From assembly GCA_963803435.1 (NCBI GenBank), contig CAWDML010000005.1:224001-288000 (forward strand): a stretch of DNA of 64,000 bases, read 5' to 3'. Origin of the DNA: an uncultured delta proteobacterium (GTDB taxonomy: Bacteria; Myxococcota; Kuafuiibacteriia; Kuafuiibacteriales; Kuafuiibacteriaceae). Shown here one piece after another: positions 9,417-19,220 of the stretch (position 1 is the stretch's first letter; each line of letters begins with the position of its first letter). The position numbers were made by a program, and so were the translations under genes. The notes beneath the pieces were generated by a model, which did no database searches, had not been told where the DNA came from, and saw only the letters and a list, made by a program, of their open reading frames with translations.

Positions 9417-10796
9417 ATGCGCGCGGTGCTGATCGGCGTGCTGGTCCTCGGCGGCTGCGATACGTCTCGTCCCATGCGAGTCCGCCTCGACGCGGGCGTC
9501 TGCCCCGAGCTCCCGGTCGCGGACGACGCGCTCATCGACGTGCGCTGTGCGCCCAGCTTCTGCCCCGTGTCGCTCGAACACTCCGGCTGCGATCTGGTGA
9601 TCGAGAACGGCTGCGGGCTGCCGGCGTTGACGCTGCGGGGAGAGAGCGTGACCTCTCCGGGGTACGACGGTTGCTCGCTGGCGGGCTCGACGATCACCTG
9701 CGACGGCACGACCAGCTGCCAGCTCGACGTGCACGCGAGGCAGGAGGTGCCGGTCTGGAGCGTCGAGCAGGTGGCGGTCGTCGAAGACGTCCCGTTTCTC
9801 GCCGAGCGGACGAGCCTCGAGGAGCTGCTCGACGCCTTCGATCCCTTCATCGGCTACGCGACCTCTTCGGCGATCGTGGGCGAGCGGCTCGCGGTCGCCA
9901 CCGACGACGGGCGCCGGCGGCCGTTCCGGTGCCTCGAGACCGAGGCCTCGAGCGTGCGGTTCGTCGGCGAGGACCTCGCCATCGTCGCCACGGCGACCGC
10001 GCCGCCCTGTCTCTCGGCCCTGGCCTCGGAGGGGGACGGCTTCGTGGGCGCGTTCGAGCGCGACGGGCTTCGGCTCGGGCGCTTCGACGCCGGAGCGAGG
10101 CTCCGCGAGGACGTCCTCTTGACGGCGGATTGCGGAGCTGAGGCGGTCTTCGTGGTCGCCACCGTCGTCGACTCGGCCCGTGACCGGGCCGTCGCGCTGG
10201 CCAGCTCCTTCGCGCGCACGTTCGTGTACGTGGTCGATCTCGAGACGTTCACGGTGACCGCGACCAGCGCCGACCTCATGCCGATCCTGCGCGGTGCGAC
10301 CCTCCTCGACAGCGGGATGGTGGTGCTGGGCGATCGAGAGCGGACGCGCCTGGTCACGATCGATCCGGCGACGGCGGAGGTCGTCGACATCGATCCGATC
10401 GACTCGACGGCGCTGACGCGTCGCTCCGATGACGTCGGCTTCGTGTGGGCCTCGGGCGAGGACGTCCTGGTGAGCACGACCGGCGGGGCGGGCGCCGTCT
10501 GGAAGGTGCGGCCATCCCGAGGCCAGGTCGTCGACAACGCGCTGTTCTTCGAGGAGGCGGCGGCCGTGCCCTGGGCGATCGCGGGTTGGGGCGACGACAC
10601 GGTGGTGGGACTGGTGGGCGCTCCGCCCGCGTACGAGGCGCGCGTCGCTGCCTTCGACCTGACGCACGTCGGCTACCGCGTGCCGGCGTTGCCCGTGGGC
10701 CGGGGCGTGGTCTCGGAGCTCCACGTCTCGGCGTCGGGCACGCTGTGGGCGCTGCTCCCCTGGAGCGGTGAGGTCGCGCGGATCCGCCGCGAATGA
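9417..10796 (+). CDS. Lipoprotein, probable beta-propeller
   Basis: Lipobox LGGC, Cys-rich N-domain, repeated blades (VYVVDLET, LVTIDPAT, VAAFDLT). Confidence 0.7.
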   Translation: MRAVLIGVLVLGGCDTSRPMRVRLDAGVCPELPVADDALIDVRCAPSFCPVSLEHSGCDLVIENGCGLPALTLRGESVTSPGYDGCSLAGSTITCDGTTSCQLDVHARQEVPVWSVEQVAVVEDVPFLAERTSLEELLDAFDPFIGYATSSAIVGERLAVATDDGRRRPFRCLETEASSVRFVGEDLAIVATATAPPCLSALASEGDGFVGAFERDGLRLGRFDAGARLREDVLLTADCGAEAVFVVATVVDSARDRAVALASSFARTFVYVVDLETFTVTATSADLMPILRGATLLDSGMVVLGDRERTRLVTIDPATAEVVDIDPIDSTALTRRSDDVGFVWASGEDVLVSTTGGAGAVWKVRPSRGQVVDNALFFEEAAAVPWAIAGWGDDTVVGLVGAPPAYEARVAAFDLTHVGYRVPALPVGRGVVSELHVSASGTLWALLPWSGEVARIRRE

Positions 10797-10798
10797 CC

Positions 10799-11494
10799 TC
10801 AGTCCTCGAGCCAGATCCAGAGGAGCCCGGCGACCGTGGCGAGCGCTGCGGTGAGGAACAGGCCGTTGGCGGCGTACGCGAACGTCTGCGCGCGATCGGC
10901 GTACCGGTCGAACTGGTCGTCGTCGAGCAGCGGGTCCTGGCTGGCGTTGCGCGCGTTCCGGCTGCCGACGCCGAACGCGACAGCGACCGCGCCGACGACG
11001 AAGCCTGCGCCGAGGAGCACGTACGGGCCGATCGACCGGACCGGCACCACCGCCGCTGACGAGGTGGCCACGGCGCGCGGCTCGGGACCCGGCGGTGGGA
11101 CTTCGGGGAACAGCGACGCCGCGAGGCCTCGGAGCGGCTCGTCCCAGGTGGCCGGATTGGACGGCACGTCGGCGGTGACCTCGATCGGCGCACCTTGATC
11201 GGAGGGGAAGAGCAGCGCGATCACGCGGACCGTGGTCACGGCCTCGACCAGCTGGACGAGGACGACGCCGATGTTGCCCTCGACGCGCCGCACGCCCTCG
11301 ACGCATTCGCGCGTCGAGGTACAGCTGGACCAGACCGGATCATCGAGGAGGACGCGATCGTGGGTGCGCCGGCGGATCGCCTCGGCCAGCCGCTCCGAGA
11401 CCTCGAGCGCGTCTTGCGGCGCGACGTCGACGGTGCGCTCCAGCCTGACCGCGACGGCTCCGATCGTGAGCACGCCGAGCACCGGAGCGAGCAC
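10799..11494 (-). CDS. Membrane protein resembling the C-terminal part of myxobacterial PEGA/TPR proteins
   Basis: N-terminal hydrophobic segment, C-x5-C, Pro linker, two C-terminal TM helices (ANGLFLTAALA). Confidence 0.6.
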   Translation of the reverse strand: MLAPVLGVLTIGAVAVRLERTVDVAPQDALEVSERLAEAIRRRTHDRVLLDDPVWSSCTSTRECVEGVRRVEGNIGVVLVQLVEAVTTVRVIALLFPSDQGAPIEVTADVPSNPATWDEPLRGLAASLFPEVPPPGPEPRAVATSSAAVVPVRSIGPYVLLGAGFVVGAVAVAFGVGSRNARNASQDPLLDDDQFDRYADRAQTFAYAANGLFLTAALATVAGLLWIWLED

Positions 11495-11544
11495 GCCGCG
11501 AGGCTACCATACCGGGGAGACCGAAGCCCTGTTAGGCTTCGAGG

Positions 11545-12873
11545 GTGACCGAAGGCTCGACCGTACCGCATCGGGTCCCGACGTTGCCGGTGCGCCGACT
11601 CGCGGTGGAGGTGCTCGAGGGGCCCGACCGAGGGAAGCGGCTCGTCGCGGAGGTCGACACGATCACGATCGGCACCGCTGCGGGCAACGATCTCGTGCTC
11701 ACCGACGAGACGGTGTCCGGCTATCACGTGGAGCTGGTGTGCGAGCGGGATCGGATCCTGGTCCGCGATCACGGATCGACGAACGGAACCTTCTTCGGCG
11801 CGGTCCAGCTCGAGCAAGCGCGCGTTCCGCCGGGCGCGAAGCTGTCGGTGGGGAAGACCTCGATCCGCGTCGACGATGCCGGGACGGTAGACTGCGAGAT
11901 CCTCGAAGGGGATCGGCTCGGCCGCGTGCTGGGGCGCTCGCCTGCGATGCGGCGCCTCCTGGCCCGTCTCGTGCGCATGTCGAAGACCGACACCTCGGTG
12001 CTGGTCCTCGGAGAGACCGGCACTGGCAAGGAGGTGCTCGCACACGCGATCCACGACGCGAGCCGTCGCAGTCCGCGTCCCTTCGAGACCGTCGACTGTG
12101 GATCACTGCTCCCCACGCTGACGGCCTCCGAGCTGTTCGGTCACGAGCGTGGCGCGTTCACCGGCGCCGAGCAGCAGCACATCGGCGCCTTCGAGCGCGC
12201 CGACGGAGGCACCGTGTTCCTCGACGAGATCGGCGAGCTGCCGCGCGGCGCTCCAGGCCACGCTGCTGGGCGTGCTCGAGCGCCGCACGTTCAAGCGCCT
12301 GGGCGGCAAGACGCCGATCTCGGTCGACGTTCGGGTGATCTGCGCGACCAACCGAGACCTCCGCTCGGAGGTGAACCAAGGGACGTTCCGCGCCGACCTC
12401 TACTATCGGATCGCGGTCCTCTTGCTCCACGTTCCGCCGCTGCGCGAGCGGACCGAGGACATCCCGCTGCTCGTCGAGCACTTCCTGCGCGAGGAGGGCT
12501 GCGCGGGCGACGTCGGCGACGTCGTCTCTCCGAGCGTGATGAGCATGCTGGTGCAGCATCGCTGGCCGGGGAACGTCCGTGAGCTCAGGAACTTCGTCGA
12601 GGCTGCGTATGCGCTGGGCGAGCCGCCTCCCATCGACGTCGACCAGGAAGGCGGCGCCGAGCCCCGTCGGTGCGGCTCGAGCTCGGCGCGCTCGAGCGGC
12701 GCGCGCCCTACAAGGAGACGCGCGACCGGGTGCTGCGCGAGTTCGAGCGGATCTACCTGGGCGATCTGTTCGAGCACACCGGAGGCAACGTCGCGCTGGC
12801 GTCACGCGAGGCGAAGATGGATCGCAACTACCTCACCCAGCTTCTCGATCGCCACGGCCTGCGGAAGCGCTGA
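11545..12873 (+). CDS. FHA-domain sigma54-dependent activator (frameshifts near 12245 and 12665)
   Basis: FHA (VSGYH, DHGSTNGT), Walker [30 protein letters not shown] and a Fis HTH spread over three frames. Confidence 0.9.
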
Positions 12874-12891
12874 GCGGTCGTCCTCGGATCG

Positions 12892-15144
12892 ATGGAGACC
12901 TCGACACGCTATCGGCTGACGCGGCTGATCCGGCGGGGCGCCGTCACCGAGCTCTTCGAAGGAACGGTCCAGGGCGAGCACGGCTTCGTGCGCCGGGTGG
13001 CGATCAAGCGGCTCTTGTACGAGCACGCCGCCGACCCGGACACGTATCAGCGCTTCATCGAGGAGGCGCGCCTGGCCAGCAACCTCGCCCACGGCAACAT
13101 CGTCCCGGTGATCGACTTCGGCGTCCTCGACGGGCTGCCGTTTCAGGTGCTCGAGCTCGTCGACGGCGTCGACCTTCTGACCGTCGGACCTACGCTGCCG
13201 GTAGACCTCGCCATCTACGTGGTCTCGGAGGTGGCGCAGGGGCTCGACTACGCGCATCGGGCCACCGACCTCGCGGGCGCGCCGCTTCACCTGGTGCACC
13301 GGGACGTCAGCCCGGACAACATCCTGATCGCATGGTCGGGCGAGGTGAAGCTCACCGACTTCGGCATCGCCGTCTTCGATCGACGCAGGGTGGCCACGCA
13401 GCCGGGCATCGCGCTGGGAAAGCTCGCGTACATGGCGCCCGAGCAGTTTCGCGGTGAGCGCGTCGACCCGCGGGCAGACGTGTTCTCGCTCGGGTGCGTA
13501 CTGTTCGAGCTGCTGGCGAAGCGGAGCCCGCTGGCGGACGAGTCCGCGCGACGGGATCTATTGACCGGGCGGCCGCTGCCCCTCCCGGAGGCGGTCGCGC
13601 CGGTGCGCCACCTCCTCGAGCGCGCGCTCGCGCCCGGCCCCGACGCGCGGTATCCGGACGCCGGGGCCTTCGCCGAAGCGCTGGCCGAGGCCCAGGGAAG
13701 GACCAGCGCCAGGAACCGCCTGCGGGAGCGGCTGGAGTCGTTCCGTACGGTGGCCGAGGCTGCGCCCCGCCGTCCCCTCTCGGAGATGATGCGCGTCGAT
13801 CTGGTGCTCGACACGAGCAGCGACGACGCCGAGGTCCGCCGCTTCTCGATCGAGGACAGCACGGCGCCCGGCTCCGAGGCGCCGACGGTGGATGCGCTGG
13901 TCGGCGCGCGGCTGTCCGAGTATCGCCTGGTCGAGCGCATCGGCAGGGGTGGGTTCGGGAGCGTGTACCGGGCCGAGCACGCCGTCACCGGTCAGACCTT
14001 CGCCATCAAGCTCCTTCACGCCATGCGGATGGCCACGCCCGAGGAGCGCTTGAGACGGGAGGGCGAGGCGCTTCAGAACGTTCGACACCCGAACCTGGTC
14101 GAGGTCTTCGACCTGGGCGTGACGGACGACGGCCGGCCGTACATCGTGATGGAGCTTTTGCAGGGCGCTCCGCTCGGCTCACTGATCGCGAACGGGCCGC
14201 TCGCATGGGAGCGCGCCGCGGCGATCGTGCGGCAGCTGGCGGCGGCGCTCGGGGCGGTGCACGACCGCGGCTGGGTCCACCGCGATCTCAAGCCCAGCAA
14301 CGTCATGGTGATCGAGCACGGAGGTACGACGAACGTGAAGCTGCTCGACTTCAGCTTGACCCGCCTCGTCGATCCCGCCGCCGACCGGACGCGCCTCACC
14401 GCGCCGGACGGCCTCTTGGGGACGCCGCGCTTCATGGCGCCGGAGCAGGCGGAGAATCCGCACGACGTCGACGCACGGGCCGACCTCTACGCGCTCGGTC
14501 TCCTCCTGGTGTGGTTGGTCTCCGGTCCGGAGAGCCTGGCGGGCTCGCCCCTCGAGGTGTTGCGGCGGCGTTTGAGGGAGCCACCGCCGGATCCTCCGGA
14601 GGCGGGCGAGCTGCGTCCGTTGCTCGCGCGTCTGTTCGCCCGCGATCCGAGCGCGCGGCCTGCGAGCGCCCGCGAGGTGGTGGCTTTCATCGATGCCCTG
14701 AGCCTGGGTGCGGCGCGGCCGGCGGTCTCGGGCGGACGCACGCGCTGGCGGGCCGGCGGTCTGCTGGCGGCGGCGCTCCTGGCCGGGGGTGCGCTGTGGC
14801 TGCAGCGGCGTCACGGTCTGCCGAGGTCCCCGATCTCCGCGAGCGTGGAGCCCCCGCCTGCCGTGCGCGTGACGCCGCGCGTGGAGCCGCGCGCCGAGGT
14901 GCCCGCAAACGTGCCGGTCCCGCCGCCCCCACCGCCTCCCGAGCCGCCGCGGAAGGCAGCAGCGCCGCCGCCTCCGCCGCTGCGCGTGAAGCCGATCGAT
15001 GCGGCCGCGCTCGAGGCGACGTTGCGGTCGATCCGCGCGGCGCTGGTGGAGGTGAGGGCCCGCCTCGACGCGGACACCTTCGCGACACTCGAGCGACGGT
15101 ATCTCGACCTTCGCACGGCGGCCGCGAAGGGCCCCGAATCGTGA
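12892..15144 (+). CDS. Ser/Thr protein kinase with two tandem kinase domains, TM helix and Pro-rich tail
   Basis: Domain 1: VAIK/HRDVSPDN/DFG/APE. Domain 2: GRGGFG/AIK/HRDLKPSN/DFS/APE. Confidence 0.92.
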   Translation: METSTRYRLTRLIRRGAVTELFEGTVQGEHGFVRRVAIKRLLYEHAADPDTYQRFIEEARLASNLAHGNIVPVIDFGVLDGLPFQVLELVDGVDLLTVGPTLPVDLAIYVVSEVAQGLDYAHRATDLAGAPLHLVHRDVSPDNILIAWSGEVKLTDFGIAVFDRRRVATQPGIALGKLAYMAPEQFRGERVDPRADVFSLGCVLFELLAKRSPLADESARRDLLTGRPLPLPEAVAPVRHLLERALAPGPDARYPDAGAFAEALAEAQGRTSARNRLRERLESFRTVAEAAPRRPLSEMMRVDLVLDTSSDDAEVRRFSIEDSTAPGSEAPTVDALVGARLSEYRLVERIGRGGFGSVYRAEHAVTGQTFAIKLLHAMRMATPEERLRREGEALQNVRHPNLVEVFDLGVTDDGRPYIVMELLQGAPLGSLIANGPLAWERAAAIVRQLAAALGAVHDRGWVHRDLKPSNVMVIEHGGTTNVKLLDFSLTRLVDPAADRTRLTAPDGLLGTPRFMAPEQAENPHDVDARADLYALGLLLVWLVSGPESLAGSPLEVLRRRLREPPPDPPEAGELRPLLARLFARDPSARPASAREVVAFIDALSLGAARPAVSGGRTRWRAGGLLAAALLAGGALWLQRRHGLPRSPISASVEPPPAVRVTPRVEPRAEVPANVPVPPPPPPPEPPRKAAAPPPPPLRVKPIDAAALEATLRSIRAALVEVRARLDADTFATLERRYLDLRTAAAKGPES

Positions 15145-15226
15145 GACGACCGCCCGGCTCGCCGAGGATGCCCGCCGGTTGGAGGAGGACGTTCGCCGTC
15201 GCGGGAGCGCCCCGCAGCGGTGAGCC

Positions 15227-15729
15227 CTACGGCGCGGTCTTGGCGGCGGCGGCGATCCTGCTGGGGTCGTCGGCGGGGTTGAGGTAGTGCAGGTCGAACG
15301 GGCCGTTCCCGTGCACCTCGATGACGGTCTCACCCCTGGACATCGCCGAGTGGTGCATCTTCCCCGGCAGGAAGTGATAGGCGCCGGCCTCCATCGCGTG
15401 CTGGTTCGCGCCGGCCTGGTCGCCCATGGACAGGAGAAAGGTCCCGCTGATCACCGTGAGCTCCTCGTCTTTGCTGTGCCAGTGCGGAGCGATCCGATAG
15501 CCGTCGGGCATCTTGAACCGCAGCGCAAACGAGCCCGGCTTGCCGGGATCGCCGTGCAGCACGGCCAGCTGGGCCCCCGCGGAAAGACCGGTGGCGGCGG
15601 CCCGTACTTCATGTCCGCGGCGGCGATGGTGATCGCCTCCGCCTTGGCGGGTCGAGTCTTCTCCTCGCCGCGGGCGACCCCGGCCAGACCGAGGAGGCAA
15701 GCGGCTGCGACGAGCATGTTCTTTCTCAT
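15227..15729 (-). CDS. Secreted cupin-domain protein (DUF4437-like; frameshift near 15580)
   Basis: Signal peptide MRKNMLVAAACLLGLAGVARG. Cupin motifs PHWHSKDEE and LPGKMHH. Confidence 0.85.
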
Positions 15730-15733
15730 GCAC

Positions 15734-15785
15734 CGAGCGTCGCGCCCGAGCGTCGAAGCGACCGTTGGAGCCAGCGTTGAAACGG
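15734..15785 (-). promoter_or_regulatory. Direct-repeat operator array plus -10-like box, upstream of the cupin gene
   Basis: Minus strand ccg-tttcaacgctgg-ctccaacggtcg-cttcgacgctcg-ggcgcgacgctcg. Same layout as 18871-18922. Confidence 0.7.
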
Positions 15786-15834
15786 CACCCCGGCCCCCAA
15801 CACCCGCTTGCGCGGACGCGCGCGGCCCCGGACG

Positions 15835-18800
15835 ATGGCCCATTCCCGCGCGTCTTCAGGTTCGAGTGCTCGGCGAGCTCGAGGTCATCCTCGACGGCGA
15901 GCCGCTGGCGCTCCCGGCCTCGCGGAAGACGCGCGCGCTGCTGGCGTACCTCGCGATCTCCCGGCGCGAATATCAGCGAGCCCGGCTGTGCGAGATCTTC
16001 TGGGAGGTGCCCGACGATCCGCGCGCGGCCCTGCGCTGGAGCTTGAACAAGCTCCGACCGCTGACCAACGCCGGCGATCGGATTCGCTTGCTCGCCGATC
16101 GGGAGCACGTCGTGCTCGAGCTTCGCGCCGGGGGAGCTCGACCTCGATCTCGTCCGTGCCGGCGTCGGACCCGGCGTCGATCGCACGCCCACCGAACAGC
16201 TCGTCGAAGCGGCCGAGGCCTTTCGCGGCGAGCTCCTCGAGGGTCTCGACCTGCCCGACTGTCCGCTCTACTGGGAGTGGTGCAAGGGCGAGCGTGAGTC
16301 GATCCGCCACCTGCACGCGCAGATCCTGTCGGCTCTGATCGCGCGCACCGAACACGATCCGGAGCAGTGTCTTCGTCACGCGCGCCGTCGCGTCGTCGTC
16401 GATCCGTACGCAGAAGAGGCGCACGTGGTGCTCATTCGACTGCTCAGCCGTTTGGGACGGACCAAGGAGGCGCTCGCGCAGTACGAGGACTGCCGTCGTT
16501 TCCTCGAGCGGGAGCTTCGGGTCCAGCCCTCCCGCGCCCTCCAGCGGCTGGAGCGGGAGATCAGCGCGCCGGCAGAACCTCGCGCGGTGAAGGTCGTCGA
16601 GGCGGCCGCGACGCCGCGGCCGATCGCGCCCATCTCGGTGGGCCGGCGCAGCGAGCGCCTGCGGATTGGGCGCCTTTTGGACGGGAGCGCCCGCGGAGGA
16701 CGGGCGGCTGTGCTCCTTGTCGAAGGCGAGCCGGGGATCGGCAAGACTCGTCTCCTCGGCGACCTGAGCGAGGTCGTGCGGGAAGCGGGCGGTCAGGCGC
16801 TGGCGAGCCGCGCGTTCGAGGCCGAGATGGTCCGCCCCTATGGGGTCTGGATCGACGCGCTTCGCGGCGACCCGGAGCTGGCCGCGCTCGCGCCGGAGCT
16901 GTCGACGACGCCGGCCATGACGATCGTCAGCCAGACGCAGGTGTTCGAGGCGGTCAAACGTGCGATCGCGAGCCTGCTGGTCGACGGGGTCGCGTCGGCG
17001 GTCGTCGTCGACGACCTGCAATGGATCGACGAGCCTTCGGCGGCACTTCTTCATTACACCATCCGCGCCCTGGAGGCGTCCCCGCTCCTGTTCGCGCTGG
17101 CGGCCCGAAGCGGTGAGATCGAGGACAATCCCAGCGCGACGCGTCTGCTCCGAGCGCTGCGGAGCGAGGGACGGCTCGAGCTCATCGAGCTCGGTCCGCT
17201 CGACGACGGTGAGATCCTCTCGCTCGTCCGTTCCATGTCCGCCCGGACCGACGCGGAGGCCGTGGTCGCCGAGAGCCGAGGCAATCCGCTGGTGGCGATC
17301 GAGCTGGCGACGCGCCCGTCGGATCCGGGCGCGCACGCCTCGGGTCGACTCGAGCACCTGATGCTCGCGCGTCTCGACCGACTGCCGGGTTCCGCGCGCG
17401 ACGTGGGCCTGTGGGCTTCCGCGTGCGGTCGTCCGTTCACCCCGGAGCTGCTCTCGAAGGCGATCGGTGTCTCTCCCGGCGAGACCGTTTCCGCGGTGGC
17501 GGAGCTGGAACGACGCGGGATCATCCGCCCGTCGACCGCCGTGCCGTTCGAGTACGACTTCGCGCACGACGTGCTTCGCCGGTGCGCGTACCGGCAGCTC
17601 TCGCCGCCACGCCGGAGAATGGTCCACCTCCACCTCGCGCACGCGCTCGATGCGACCTCGGGCGCGGGCGACTCGCTGGCCTCCCGAGATCGCTCATCAC
17701 GCCGCGCTCGGAGGGGACGCCTCGCTGGCGGCGCGCTCGTATCTCGCCGCCGGCGCGCGTTGCTTGAGGCTCTTCGCACGCGCCGAGGCGGCACGCATCG
17801 CCCATCGCGGGCTCGAGCTGCTCCACGCGGCGCCGGAGGCGGAACGCCTCGCGCTCCACATCGGGCTGTTGAGGTTGATCGCGCTCTCGGGCGTCGAGGT
17901 TCCCAGGCAGCAGGAGCTCGACCAGGAGCTGTCGGCGCTCGCCGACGAGGCCAAGCGAGCCGGCCACGACAAGGAGGCTGCCGACGCGCTCTGGCTCAAG
18001 ACGCTGCTTCACCACGATCGAGGGAACTTCGATGGCGCCGGCGCGGCCGCGCTCGAGGTGGCGGCCACGGCCAGCGGGACCAAGGATCCATCCGAGCGCG
18101 CGCGGGCGCTCGCGAATGCAGGTCGCTGCCTGGCGCAGATCGAGCGAGACATGGGACGGGCGTGGGCGCTCCTCGACGAGGCCTCCGGCATCGCCGACGG
18201 TGCGCAGATCCAGGTGGCCGAGATCGATTGGGGGATGGGCATCGTCCGCCACTACCTCGGCGATCTGGAGGACGCCACCGCTCGCCTCACACGGGCGCTC
18301 CAGCACGCTCACCGCGTCGAGGATCACTGGGCAGAGTGCGAGTGTCTGTCGCGTCTCGCGATCATCGAGCTCGAGCGCCGGCACGCCGACCGCGCGCTCG
18401 AGCGATGCGCCGACCTGTCGCGGGTCGCCTCGAAGATGGGTGAAGGGAGCGAGGGCGTCGCGGCCCAGGCCCTGGAAGCGCTGGCACGTCTGCTCGCGAA
18501 CGACCCCGAAGCCCAACAGCGGATCGAGGAGGCGCTGCCGCTCCTCCGGATCGTGGACGCGAAGGGCATGCTGGCCTACGTCTTGACGTCGGCCGGGCTG
18601 ATCGATCTCGAGCAGGACCGTGTGCTCCTCGCCCGCGAACGCGCGCGGGAAGCGCTCCGCGCCGCGGAGATCGCGCACCGCTCCAGCCTGATCGGGGTCG
18701 CGCACGCCGTCCTGGCACGAGGCGCGCTCCTCGAGGGCGCCGGTGAGGCGGCCCTGGCGCACCTCCGCCAAGCTCAGCGAATCGCGGCAGCGCCGCTCGG

Positions 18801-18858
18801 TGTCAGCGCCTACGCGCGTGCCGTCATCACCGAGATCGAGAGAGGGTTCGAGCCGTGA
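15835..18858 (+). CDS. SARP/AfsR-like regulator: wHTH-BTAD, AAA ATPase and TPR (frameshifts near 15840, 16130, 17685)
   Basis: LQVRVLGELEV...KTRALLAYLA, ALRWSLNKLR, BTAD (FRGELLEG, DPYAEEAH), Walker A GEPGIGKT, VVDDLQW, GNPL, TPR tail. Confidence 0.88.
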
Positions 18859-18870
18859 TCGGCGCGCGGC

Positions 18871-18922
18871 CCGTTTCGACGAGCGGTACCACGCTGGCTA
18901 CGACGCTCGCACGCTACGCTCG
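18871..18922 (+). promoter_or_regulatory. Direct-repeat operator array plus -10 box (TACGCT), upstream of the DUF4242 gene
   Basis: ccg-tttcgacgagcg-gtaccacgctgg-ctacgacgctcg-cacgctacgctcg. Confidence 0.7.
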
Positions 18923-18953
18923 TCCCGTGACCCTTCGAGGTCAGGAGGAATCC

Positions 18954-19206
18954 ATGTCGCATGTCGTCGTCGAGTATCTGTACGATCCGCCCCTCAGCGA
19001 GGATGAGTTCGCCCGCAACGGACAAAAGCTTGGCCCCTGCCTGGAGGCGCACCGCGTCACGTGGGTCGCGACCTATCTTTCGAATGACCGGAAGCGACGC
19101 GTCTGCATCTTCGAGGCGCCCGACGCCGAAGCGGTTCGATTCGGCGTTCCACTCCGCCGGCGTGAAGTTCGAGCGGGCGTGGGCATCGACGCGCTTCGGC
19201 CCCTGA
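18954..19206 (+). CDS. DUF4242 (SCO4226-like) small protein (frameshift near 19140)
   Basis: AGGAGG RBS, VTWVATYLSNDRKRRVCIFEAPDAEAVR, then SAFHSAGVKFERAW in the next frame. Confidence 0.8.
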
Positions 19207-19220
19207 GCGCCCACCTCGTC

